64,000 bases of DNA from Dimorphilus gyrociliatus. Taxonomy: Eukaryota; Animalia; Annelida. Every line of letters begins with the position of its first letter. The stretch's first letter is position 1. Of this stretch, positions 25,106 through 45,989 are shown one piece after another. The position numbers were made by a program, and so were the translations under genes. The stretch covers positions 4,245,689 to 4,309,688 of the forward strand of contig CAJFCJ010000005.1 in the NCBI GenBank assembly GCA_904063045.1. Direction: 5' to 3'. The notes beneath the pieces are model-generated. The model ran no database searches. It saw only the letters and a program-made list of their open reading frames with translations, and was not told where the DNA came from.

Positions 25106-25897
25106 TTAGCTAAATTTCTTTTTATTCTTTTCAGCTGCTGCTTGGATTTCTTGCTTTTTTCTAGCATAAACAAACTCCCAATAAGTTAAAAATCCATCAT
25201 TATCCAAATCATCATCTTCTAGAATTTTATCAACGACATCTATTTAAAGAAATTAAGCAGATGTAATTTTTGTTTGTAATTAAGTGAGGCCTATTTAGTG
25301 TTAATTATTCTAACCTTCAATGTATTTGAACATTCTATCGGCTTTCTCCTTGTCGATTTGGGCTTGAGTTTTACCTGTATCAATTTCATCTTTAGCCTTA
25401 TCATCGATCATTTCCGAAGGTAACACGTGAGACATTGCCTTGAATAATTCTAATCCATCCAATTTAGTATTATTATCGAAATCATGTAATCTATAAAAAG
25501 AAAACAATGTCTTATATTAAAAACATAAGAATATTTAAATAATAAGATATTCTTACTGGAAGTAGTGAAATTCTAATTCTTCAGTTGTCATTTTACTTTC
25601 ATCCAAATCCGCCACACCTTCGTAATGTTCTTTGATATGCCTATGAATAATGTTTAATTACAAACTGAACGTATGTAGAGCCATCCTATTCCTTTCCCCC
25701 TTGTTTATCTCCTTTTCCCGTAACACATATAGTATAGTACATGTATACATCGTTTTCAGTTAAGAAAAACACTATTTTTATGTGCATATTTACTGAGAAT
25801 CGTGCGAAGCCTCCCGAAAATTCTCTCCTTGTCGAATGTGCTGTGTTGAGTACACTATCAGTAACGTTACCATTATAAATAATACTTTCAAAATCAT
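25106..25897 (-). CDS. MCFD2: MCFD2-like secreted EF-hand protein; exons 25897-25794, 25640-25557, 25490-25315, 25239-25106, 165 aa
   Basis: Signal peptide MILKVLFIMVTLLIVYS; ELEFHYFQLHDFDNNTKLDGLE (EF-hand 1) and DDDLDNDGFLTYWEF (EF-hand 2). Exons sum to 498 nt in frame. Confidence 0.9.
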
Positions 25898-26444
25898 TCT
25901 TTATGTCTTGAATTTTAATACAATACGGAAACTAAGCGAGCTGGCAAACCGCTGAGACTTGTCCCTTTAGACCGATCGATAGTTATAGCTAGGATGCCAC
26001 ATTAGCAGTACTGCCATCTTCAGGCGCGTTACAAAACTCTATTGTTCTTTATCATCGTATTTTGTATTATTTCTCTTCATCCCTTTTTATATATAATGCC
26101 TTTTATTTATAGAAGTAAGTTGTATCCGCCTATTAACAACTGTTTAAACTGTTTTATTTGTTCCGTAAGTGTACATATATAATATTTTTTTACTATATTT
26201 TTTAGGCCTATCCAAAATAGGGAGTTTAACGTTAAAAATGTAACTAATTAGTGTGTAACACATGGAGAGATAGAGAGATTGTAAAGATTGAGGATCGATA
26301 TTTCGTGATTAAATGTGAAATAATAATATATTAGGAGGCCTATAACAAAAAATCATATCTTTTCTGTTATAAATTAAGTACTTGTATGACTGAATTAATT
26401 AATTTATTCATTTATTTATTAACAAAATAATTAACTCATGTAAT

Positions 26445-27947
<1,503 letters not shown>

Positions 27948-29050
27948 ATGGCTTCGAATAAAGAAAATCTTCTTCCAGGCGCTTTAGAAAAACACTCAAG
28001 GCCGGATGATTTCTCGGATGATGACGAAATTCCAGATGAGTAAGTTGGGTTAAAGTTTTGTAGAGCAAAACGTCAATTAAGGTCACTAATCTAATTTACT
28101 ATTAGATGCCCGTTCAAAATAGAAGACTTTGAGATCGGTAAACCCTTGGGTCGTGGGAAATTTGGTAGGGTTTATTTAGCAAGAACAAAGAAAGAAAAAT
28201 TTATCTGCGCTATAAAAGTAAGTTAAAAGAAAGTGAGAGTAAAAGTAAATCTACAAGAGATATCATTCCATTACACTCATCTCTCTTCTTATAGATAATG
28301 TTCAAGAGCGAGATCATGCAGAGTCATTTAGAGAAGCAAATTCGAAGAGAAATAGAAATCGGATGCCATCTAAGCCATCCAAACATTATAAAACTTTATA
28401 ATTGGACACATGACGATAGGAAAATCTACATGTTTATAGAATACGCCGCAAGAGGTGAATTGTACAAAGAGTTAAAGAAGAATCGCTATTTTACGGAGAG
28501 TAGAAGTGGTAAATATATGTATCAAATTGCCGACGCTTTAAAGTACTGCCACGAAAACAAAGTTATACATCGGGATATTAAACCCGAAAATCTTCTTCTC
28601 GACCACGGAGGTAACGTTAAAATATCTGACTTTGGTTGGTCAGTTCACGCTCCATCAATGAAACGGAGAACAATGTGCGGAACTTTGGATTATCTACCAC
28701 CAGAAATGATAAGAGGTCATCATCATACAGAAACAGTCGATCTGTGGGCGTTAGGAATTTTATGTTACGAATTTCTAGTTGGTCGACCACCGTTCGAAAG
28801 CGAAGGGACAGAGGCAACCTACCGAAAGATTTTAGATTGCACCGTACTTTTTCCGTCAAGAGTCTCTAGCTTTGCAAGAGATCTTATATTGAAATTATTA
28901 ATAGTCAAACCTCAAGAAAGATTATCTCTAGACGGAATTATCAATCATAAATGGGTTCAAGACGGAGTAAATTCTGGCAAATCCAAAGGATTATTAACAA
29001 GTTCCGTTCAAAGATCTGTAACAGTATCAAGAATTCAAGAAATTGATTGA
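27948..29050 (+). CDS. AURK: Aurora kinase; exons 27948-28039, 28106-28217, 28295-29050, 319 aa
   Basis: N-terminal KEN box (NKENL), [50 protein letters not shown]-terminal RLSL..NHKW. Short N-terminus as in Aurora B-type proteins; A versus B not resolved. Confidence 0.95.
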
Positions 29051-29348
29051 ATTTAATTTATTTTCTTTTTTGTTTTTTTGTCTTTTTACGGTAATCAAAT
29101 GTTTTTAAAAAGAAAAAGGAAGAGAAGAAACAAGAGCATCATCATTTTCTTCTTTCCTTCTATTTCTATCTATCATTCTGTTTACTCTCTCTCTCTCTCT
29201 CTCTTTCATTCTCAGTATAAAGTAATATTAATCATTAATAAATAAAGCAAATAAAAAGAAGGTTAATATATTCAAATACAAACATATATGGATATTGATA
29301 TATATATGTATATATAAAAAAAGAGACGTCTTTGGTTTGATCGATGTT

Positions 29349-30105
29349 CTAAGCCTGCGACTGGCTCATTGGTCCACCTAACAATTGCTGCGATCCAGCT
29401 CTTGCAAATCCCGATCTTGGCGTTGACATTCCAGATCTTGCTCTTGACATTGCTGTATCTAACATATCCTTTGAACCGGCTAGTAGTTTCTTCTCGCCAT
29501 AGGTAATTTCGTAACGAAGTTCCTCTATCCTGGAATAGAGAACTACACAGCAAATAATTTGAAAGATTGTTCTAAGAAGCCAGAATAGGAAGGTGAAAAC
29601 TAGATAAGCCATTCTAAATGTATTCTTGCTGTACCAAGAGAACTTGTAACAGGCAACTCCAAGTTCGGCCAATGTATAGCAAATCATAAAGACGAGATAG
29701 ACTTTGGTTAGGGTGAATTCGTAAAAAGTCGGGAAACGTCTCACACCAAAGAACATAATTACGGCGGTTATAATCATTATAATATGAAGAACAATCATAA
29801 CAATATTACAAGCCAACCATCCTTCCCAAACATGCATTCTCCATCTCGCCTCAAAACCTCCTCTAATATAAAAGTTATCGCTAAATTGGTCAGCAATATC
29901 AAATATTTCCAAAAGAGTTGCAACTCCGGCAGCAATCTATGTAAAAAATTTTTTGAGATATAAAAACTACAGGTAAACCAGTAATGATAAAGGTATGATA
30001 AATTATCCTTATTTAAAGTCAACTTACGACAGTGTAAAAACATATCGCTACTACGGCGATCTTTAATTTCCAGCAAAGAAATTTATTTAATTGTAAAGCA
30101 CTCAT
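29349..30105 (-). CDS. Uncharacterised four-TM protein (LAPTM/DUF4728-like topology); exons 30105-30028 and 29936-29349, 221 aa
   Basis: MSALQLNKFLCWKLKIAVVAICFYTV spliced (GTAAGT..CATAG, phase 0) into ORF 29349..29912. Four hydrophobic helices and a Ser/Arg-rich C-terminal tail. Family assignment is from topology only. Confidence 0.75.
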
Positions 30106-31320
30106 TCTATCCTATTTCTCTTCATAAGGTAAAAAAGTAAACATCAAATTGACGCCATTGAATACAGGTGCAATTGTTAATTTCACGCCAGATGGCGCTT
30201 ATAGTACTTCCGGTTAAAACTTGGAGAGCAGAGATTAAAAAAAAGTACCATAACTCCCTCTACATCAGAAAAACTTGGAACATTTCGGTCAGTTTCGATA
30301 GTTGTAGGAGACGTATAATTGAGATATCTAGACTCGTCGAAGCATTAAAATTATACATAGTTTTGTATAATGATATAGGTAAGATTTTTTTGCAAGAATT
30401 CTATATATGCTTTTGTTGCTTTTAATCCAATTGTGTGAGCGTATTGTTTGAATGAAAGGAAAGAAGGATAAATTTTCGCTAGCCCATCAAAAATTATTAT
30501 ACGTCTATAAGTTCATTAGAAATAGAGTTATAGGATTAAACGAATGATCTGTATATAATTTTAACTATATCTATACGATTGTACATTCATTTTTAGGCTT
30601 TTGTTACACGTGTTCTTCGCTTGGGTTTTCCTTCTATTTTATTAAACAAAACAGATATTTAACTGTTTGCTTAATTAGGTTGAAAGTATTCGTATTATAA
30701 ATATTTATATTTCATGTATATTTTAATATTTTGAGGTATTTATATTTACCTGTAGTGGTTGCGTCATCTTTACATAATACATGTTTCTCTTATGAGACTT
30801 ACTACTTCGCGATCGCTGAATTAGCTATTCCTCAACTTTATCTATAGTTTTCATTCTTTTTAATATATTAAAAAGGTGATAATTATCCAAAATGATTAAA
30901 ATATATAGATAATATGATAACGCTGATAGAAAGAATGATATTCAAAGGTACAAGATGAATTTTAATAGATTTTTTCTTCCTTTTCTTTCTTTCCATCGTC
31001 ACATCTATCTGCCTATTTATCTATACATTACTAAATATGGGCGTTTCCCTTTCTTACTCTCTTAGCCGCTTTTAGGATAGTAGGTATTGCCTTTATATTT
31101 TGGTAAAGTTCAATGAACCACCCAACAAGTTTCTTCTTTTGTATTAAACATCGTTATATTTTATTAAACTAAATATATTAATATTCATCAGTTTGCGTCC
31201 GCTTAAAGTTTACTAGCCCTGTTGTTCCCTTTTCTATATATACAATTACATTCCATTCTTGATCTACTCTTATATGGATACATAAAAGATTAAGTTGAAT
31301 ATATAGGCCTCTTTTATTTC

Positions 31321-31488
31321 AAAATGGCGGTATATATACTGAAAATTCTGTTATTTTTCTTTTGTTCACTTCTCAATGACGATACGTAGTACGGCTGGAG
31401 CCCAACTTTTTCAGGTGTCGCTTCTATCGGTCACGTGACGACGATAATGGCGACCTAAGCGATCTACTCGCGAATTTCCTAGGAAATT
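31321..31488 (+). promoter_or_regulatory. Motif-dense promoter of the Bfr1-like gene
   Basis: YY1-type AAAATGGCGG at 31321-31330; palindromic E-box GTCACGTGAC at 31430-31439; ATAATGGCG at 31444; 16-bp perfect palindrome AATTTCCTAGGAAATT at 31473-31488. Confidence 0.55.
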
Positions 31489-31564
31489 TTAGGATAATCG
31501 TTCTTAATTACCGCTTGTCCTGTAATGTGAAAGAGTTTTGGAGATTAATAAAAGGGAGAAAGTC

Positions 31565-34367
31565 ATGGCTTCGAAGGCTGTGATAAACGACAGAGTTTCG
31601 CCTAGAAATGAAGCGGGTAAGCGAGTGAATATGGTGTCTCTTTTCTTAGAAATGTTCAATTACGTTGTTTACTGATTGTCAAGGATCAATGCCCTAACAA
31701 CCGATATATAGTTAAGATATTTTATAGTTGTAAATCTATAATATAAGGATTTGTTTAAAAAATGACATGTTTTTGCCCGGTGAAAAAAAATACAAAGTGC
31801 AACTCATACGGCCTTGAATGTTTACGATAATTCTATGACAACAATGTAAACGCTATAGTTATTCCTGTAAAATGTAGACATCTTAGTTTATTGTTAATCA
31901 TAGAAACGAAAAGCCCAAAAATATGATGTTATTATATAAAATGTTCCCGTATTTGGGGATATTCAATATATAGAGAGCACCTGTGCCTGGCACACGTTGC
32001 GGAGAGTATGATTCATAGGCCGGTGGCTCCACGTGTCATAGGCCTATATGAAAGAAGGAATTAGAAAAATATCTGTGAACGCTTTGCAGAGTGAAATATT
32101 TCGTTTTTTTCTATTTCTAAATAAGGTATATACATATTCGAATAGTTAAATATATATATAAATATATGTATGTACAACAATACATATAGTTGTTGGTGTT
32201 CGTGTCCACTGTGTGCGCATACCATTTCATACCATACCATATATAGTAAAAGCTATTAGGCAATTGAAGTTAGCAGACGAAATACCAAAATATTTTTTCT
32301 GCCCTTTGATTTATAGTTTCGTCTTCGTCCTATTTCAGACATGAAGCCGCTTACAAAGAAAAAGTACGAAGAAGAAATGCGACAGATTAACAAACACATC
32401 CAAGAGTTGGAAGAGACTCTAAAATCGAACCAGAAAATAGTAAGAGACACCAACGAAAGATTAAGAGATATACGAAATGAAAAGACAAGAATTTCAAGCG
32501 ATCGAAAAGCGTATCAAGAACGAATAAACAAATTGAACGACGACGCCTTAAAGATAAGTACTAAAGTTGGCCAACTGCAGGAGAATCTTCCCTACAAGAA
32601 TGAATCCCATATAGACGATACAGTTCGGTAAGCTATCCGTTTACTAATCCTCTCTCTCCGAGCCCTAGATTTTGGTGCGTCAGCACCTTTAGAATCGTTA
32701 TTCATACCCCAATTCAAGAATACATGTTAATCAGCTGACTCATGCCCTTCCCTCTTATTAGTATAGAGAATTCTTAACAGGTGGCGTTAGCAATCAAAAA
32801 ACAGTGTTATAAACAAAAATATGTTTAGTATATTTATTAATTAACTATTATCTTCATTCTTTAATTAACACAGAAATTTGGAGGGAAAATTAAGAATATC
32901 CAGATTTTCGTTATCTGAAGAGAAAAGAATTGTTGAGGAGATAGATAAGCTAAAGCGATCGAAAAAGGTTTTAATGTAAGTACATCTCTTACCTTGTTAA
33001 ACTTGTAAAAGTATTTTTATTATTGTATTGAATATATTTAAAAACCGCTTCTCTCTATAATTTATCTATTTTCTATTGTAGGGAATTCAAAGCAGCTAAG
33101 GCCAGCAGAGACAAACTCCAAGCTGAATCAAAAGAGATGAAAAAAAAAAGGGATGACTGTTACGCTGCATATGGGCAATTGAAAAAAGAGGAGGAAACTC
33201 TGAAAGAAAACATTAAAGAAATAAACAAACATGAAGAAGCTGACAAGAAAAAATTAGAATTAAGAAACGCTGAAAAACAAAAGTTAACTGATGAATTTCA
33301 CAAGACTAGTAACTTATGGAGAAATAGTCAAAAGGAAGGCAACCAAAAGAAAAAATTCAATAGAAAAGAAGAAAAGAGATGTAAAGAATTTAAAAGAGAA
33401 AGAAAGGAAGCCCAACCAGCTCGTGTAGCAACTTTTGATCCAATCACACTATGCGGAACTCTTATTCAATACTTGAACAGGCAATTTAAGGCATACGAAC
33501 ATAGTCAAGGTATAGCGCAAAGACCGTCTTCTGGGGCAAATGGTTCTTCATCCTGTAGTTTAAACGGTTCGTGCGGATCGAAAACTCTTTCGGAGGAGTT
33601 GAGCTTTTTCAGGAAGAAGGACGATTGCGAAGTGGACGACTTTTATGCCGTTGCGCAAAAAGCTACTATCAAGAAGAAAAAGAATCACCTGAAAAAAAAT
33701 CAATTGTTTAAGATTTCACCCGAAATGCTTGAACAATTTGAACAATTGAACTTACCACCGCCAGCAAATGTTTGTGATATTCCACAAGTTCTAGAGAAAC
33801 TTCACGAACAAATGGTTAGTTTTTAGTCGTATTTCAGTTTTTTAAACTAAAATAAGTACAAGACATTGGAGATTGTAATATAAACAGAGTCCATATTAAC
33901 AAATGCATTATGTACAGTATATGCAGTTTAGTCTTTATGTACTTGTTTATTTATTTATGAGTATATACTTTATATACATAAATAAATATTAATATTGTTT
34001 ACAGAATACGATTCAGAGAATGGTTCTATCGTCATCATTACATGATCATAACCAGAATCCCGACTCTGCCAGTGAAAGCGCCATTAGTACTTCTGGTTTT
34101 ACGACATCAATTCCATCGACACCCGAAGGTATGGATGACATCCCAAGGTATCCGTCCCGTGAAACGCCAGATTCTGGCTTGGATGAAACTGACGGAATAC
34201 TCTCAAAATGCTCTACACTGACGCCTGAAAATGCTGATGAATATTTACACGAAGCTAAAAAGCAGGAAGTAGCATCAAACGATAGCCAATCGGAATCATC
34301 CTCTGAAACTGTTGTGGAATCTTTACTCGAGGCCGTTGACGGAGTTTCCACTGAAACCCAGAAGTGA
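31565..34367 (+). CDS. Bfr1-like coiled-coil protein; exons 31565-31616, 32339-32627, 32874-32975, 33082-33814, 34005-34367, 512 aa
   Basis: Five GT-AG exons join in frame (1539 nt). Motifs LPYKNESHIDD..LE..SLSEEKRIVEEIDKLKRSKK and KKKK..FKISPEMLEQFEQLNLPPP..DIPQVLEKL resemble fungal Bfr1 (recalled family motifs, no search run). Confidence 0.72.
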
Positions 34368-35427
34368 AAAGGCATTTGAGTTTCATCTAAGTCCAAGTTA
34401 AGACAAACTGTCAATATAGTTTTAACTTAGCTGATTTTCTTATTATTACCATTATATATATATATATATATATATACATATACAGTTTATATTCCAGTAC
34501 GTACTGTATATTCTATATATGTATATATAATATTGTTATAACTGTATTTATTTTCAAAAAATATTATATTTTTTGTCATCTATGAATAGGATTATTTTTG
34601 ACGAGAGTTAAAGTGGAATGCAAAGCGTTACGATGTTTATACCTGTTTTTTTCTTTTATTATTATTATCTTTTCATTCACTTCCCATCTATCTAGCTATT
34701 TATAAATCAGTCAATTAATTAATTAAATAATCAATGCATTAAATTTATCTATCTTTATATCTTCTGTTTTTTTCTTAAACGAAAAATGGGAAAAGATGAT
34801 AAGTGAGGGAGAGACGAACCGGAGAATAACGAAACGAAAAAATTATTTAAAAAGAATACTAAAAATAAAAAGTAAACAAAAAAATGAAAAAAAAACAAAA
34901 GACAAAAAGAGAAGACACTATTGATAAATTTATTGATAATGCTATTTTTATTCGTTGTATGAATAATGTAACGTTGTAACTTTTGCGTTGATGAAGAGCA
35001 TTAAGAGAGAACGAGAAAGAAAAGAAAAGTTGTTTTATATGATTTTTTTTCTTGTTTTATTAATGCTCGAGCCGTGTTAGTAACTCAAAATTACGTATAC
35101 TGTTCTTTGTATATGTAAATCTTTGTTTTTTATATATATGAACGCATTGTGGTCACGATTTGTTTTAATATTTGCAAAAACCCAAAAAAAAAAAAACCAT
35201 ACAAAATCTTATAAATGAGATAAAAAAATTTTATTATAAAGATATTATATGGAAAAAAGAGAGAGAAAAAACGAACAAATAATAACACAATGTTAATAAA
35301 TAAATATATAAATAAAAAGAATTAAAAAGAGAGAAAAAATGAAAAAAAAACAGAACCGTTGTAATTATGAAATAATTATAATAAAATCATAATAAACGAA
35401 TAAGAAATACATGTTTTCTATTCATAA

Positions 35428-36531
35428 TTATAAAACATTATCTTCTTCTTCTCCTTTATGTCTTTCTTCCATTGCTTTCGATACTGATGTTATCAATTGC
35501 ATTTCCTTTTCTATATAGTTGGCTGCTTTGCATACTTTTTCAGATATTTCTTCAATATCAATATTCGAATCGGTAAACTTTCTCAACCATAATAAAGATT
35601 CCAATATTTGAGTTAATTCAGATACCAGGAATGTTAATCTTGTGACAATTTCATAAAACTGGCTATATCATAATGACAATTGATTATATACTATATATAT
35701 ATATATTCAATAAACAAATTAATAGCTTACTTTCTATATTGAGATTCAACCTTAATGGAATTTGCGACAAATGGTCTTTTTAATTGTTCAATAACTTTTG
35801 ATTGATTGTTATTAATCGATGTAAATAAGGAATTAATTTGAGCAATTGTATATCTTTTCTCCTCTGCAAAGACGTATAAAAACAATTTATTTTGTTCAAA
35901 ATTATTCAATTTAAAAGTCGATACTAGTACTGATATTAGTCAATATTACTATAATAGTTATGACAATAATAAATACATAAATTCCTTCATTAATAACAAT
36001 AAAGAAACGAGTTGAAATGTGTTGGTAATTAATTGATAAACCTATAATAAGATAATGCTTATTTTTCGCTCACCTAGCGAAGATGAATAGATTAAATCTT
36101 TCACTGAATTTTCATTTTCTATTCGAATGCTTTCTAAACTTTTCTGCAGAAAATTGCAAAATATAAAATTAATAAATATATTTTCTTCATGAGTTAAAGT
36201 GTCTCCTATTTATTTACAAATAAAAATATACTCTGTTTATTTTGTTTACAAACCTGTCTACTAGTTTCTCGTTTTTCACCTAGTTTTTTATACATAGATA
36301 TTAGTTTTATAGATGGTAATCTTTTCAAACTATCCGATATATCTTCTTCTGTAAATTGAGCCTGTTTAAATTAAATAGTAAATTGTTTATTTATATACTC
36401 TCGTATTATCGCTCAAAATAACGAACACTTTTCAAATGGCCAGTCTTATTCGCGAGAAATAAAAGATTTCTAACTTGTCCAACCGATCTATCATCTTCCC
36501 AAGGATTCATATCATATATTGGTTTATCCAT
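35428..36531 (-). CDS. HAUS2: Augmin complex subunit 2 (HAUS2/CEP27); exons 36531-36475, 36361-36254, 36143-36074, 35863-35731, 35662-35428, 200 aa
   Basis: Five exons with compatible phases (0,0,1,2), 603 nt. N-terminal NPW, and IEQLKRPFVANSIKVESQYRNQFYEIV aligns with human [27 protein letters not shown]. Confidence 0.72.
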
Positions 36532-37534
36532 TTTGGCCTATTTATATTCGGATAATCTCGTTAAAAATATAATAATCTAAACAATTTCAATATAGTTGGC
36601 GCTCTGAAAAAAGTCGTCTGCTAGACGTAATCAGAAGTGACTAAAATCCGCTGATCACTGTCACTGAGAAAGAGGGTGAGAAGGAGAAGGTGTCGTATAT
36701 CTTTTTTTAACTCTCTCCTTTTTATGCGAACTTTATGATCAAATATTTTTTATTTAAATACATAAATAATATATATGTAAACATATTTTGTATTTATATT
36801 TAGGTTAAATAACATCTTTATAGCAAAAATCAACTTGGAAAAAAGGTAGGTGAAAATATAGAAATTGCGAAATGTTCTGTAGAATGTTTGGAAATATTTC
36901 GTAATTTCATTGAAATATCTACTTAGGCCAAAAGCAATTTTCCCGTTCTAAATGTCCTATATATAAGCTAATAGTACATTCTATATAAAATAAATGATAA
37001 AGTAAATTGTCTATTCATTGTCCCATCTCGTATTATTTCATAACGATATTTAACCTTGTTAAAATTTTAAACATAATAGTCTTTTTACATTTTTAAATAC
37101 TATTTATTATTATTTTAATGGAATTATTCTACTCTTTTACTATAAACAATTGAATTATTTTAGTTGAAAATTGATAGCTTTTAGAGATTTTTAAACAAAA
37201 TATTTTTTTATTTGTGTAGACAAGGCTTTATCATGTTTTCTTAGGCCTAAAATTAGAATATAATATTTGTTATATTTATATAAATAGTTGCGAATATCTA
37301 GAAATTAAAATTTATACATAAAATCTACACTTAAATACATGATTGAGTAGGTTTTTTCGTTACGAGTGGTGGCCTGTAAGGCCAATTCCGTGTGCTATTT
37401 AGTCTAACTGTTATTGGGAAACTGGTTCAATCTAGAATATGTTCCGTCACGATGAGCTCGAATGAAAGTAAAGATTTAAGTATCGTAGTTTCTCAGACAA
37501 ATTATCACATGCTTATGTGTTGAACAAGAGGAAG

Positions 37535-44828
<7,294 letters not shown>

Positions 44829-45989
44829 CATTATTAAAATTAAATTTACACATACATGGCATATGTATATACATATATATATGTACGCTGTATTATCATT
44901 TTTAACAAATTCTTGTTTTTATATAATCGTCTGTTTCTGTCATCTAAAAAAACTCGTCCAAGCTGATAAACGAAACAAAAAAAGTAACCAAAAAATATGA
45001 TTCGTGTTTGATTGACTGTATAAAAAAAATATTTTTAGTGTGGTTTTTCGTTTGCCAATATACAAATAGTAATAATATAGCAAGAAGAGACAGGAAAAGT
45101 GGATGAAGATTAGTTAGAAAAAAGATGGACAAAATATTCTAATTAGAATGGTTTATCACTTAAATGAAATAGGTTTACAACTATGCTACACACTACCATT
45201 TTTTCCCATTGTCTCTTCTATGTATACAGTATATATATTTCTCAGCCACAATCTACCTATTTTACTTAAATGAGTTTATTTACTTGGTTTACGTAATGAA
45301 GCAAAGCTGTTGCAGTTTTCTTTTTTTAACTCAGCTATTTTTAAATTTGAATAAAATACATGCAGATAAACGTTTTATCACGTGGTCTTATGCTTACTTA
45401 ATCATTCAAAGAGATCTAGCTCTTTTTATTTTCTTTTTTTGACTTCAATTTGGTGACGCCACCTATTGAAGATAATTTAAACTACAGAAAAAAAAATAAA
45501 ACGCTACTTTGAACGTTTAAAAAAAAACAAAACAATAGAATAATTAAAAGTGAAAGTTTTGAATTGAGGTTGTCGTCATTCTAACGCTAGTTTTTGGCTT
45601 GAATAGACAAAAACAATTGAATAGTTGATAAGAGGTAAAGTAAAAAAGGATTATAAAGAAATTAAGGGTGAAAATTGCTTTAGATTTTATACTTTTGTAA
45701 TTGAGATAGAGCCATATAATAAAAAATTCAAGGGACAGAGAGAGAGAGAGACAGGTGACTTTCATTTCTCATTTCTATCGTTGTTTAGGTACGCTAGATG
45801 GCGTTGGTCTACATCTTTGAAGGGAAAACAAATACTACACTTGGAGACTAATGAGATAAAAGTTAAAGTTTGAATAGGAGGGAGGGATTGATACAAGTAA
45901 AAGAAAGAGAAAGAGATATATGTGTATATATACACATAGACAAAAAAAGGAAAAACAGAGTAATCAGCAGACTGATAGATTGAAAAATA

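Noticed and set aside
25106-25123. MCFD2 ends in KKKFS, resembling the KKFF/KKxx retrieval signal of its partner LMAN1
   Set aside because: MCFD2 has a signal peptide and no TM segment, so the C-terminus is luminal and cannot bind COPI; likely coincidence.
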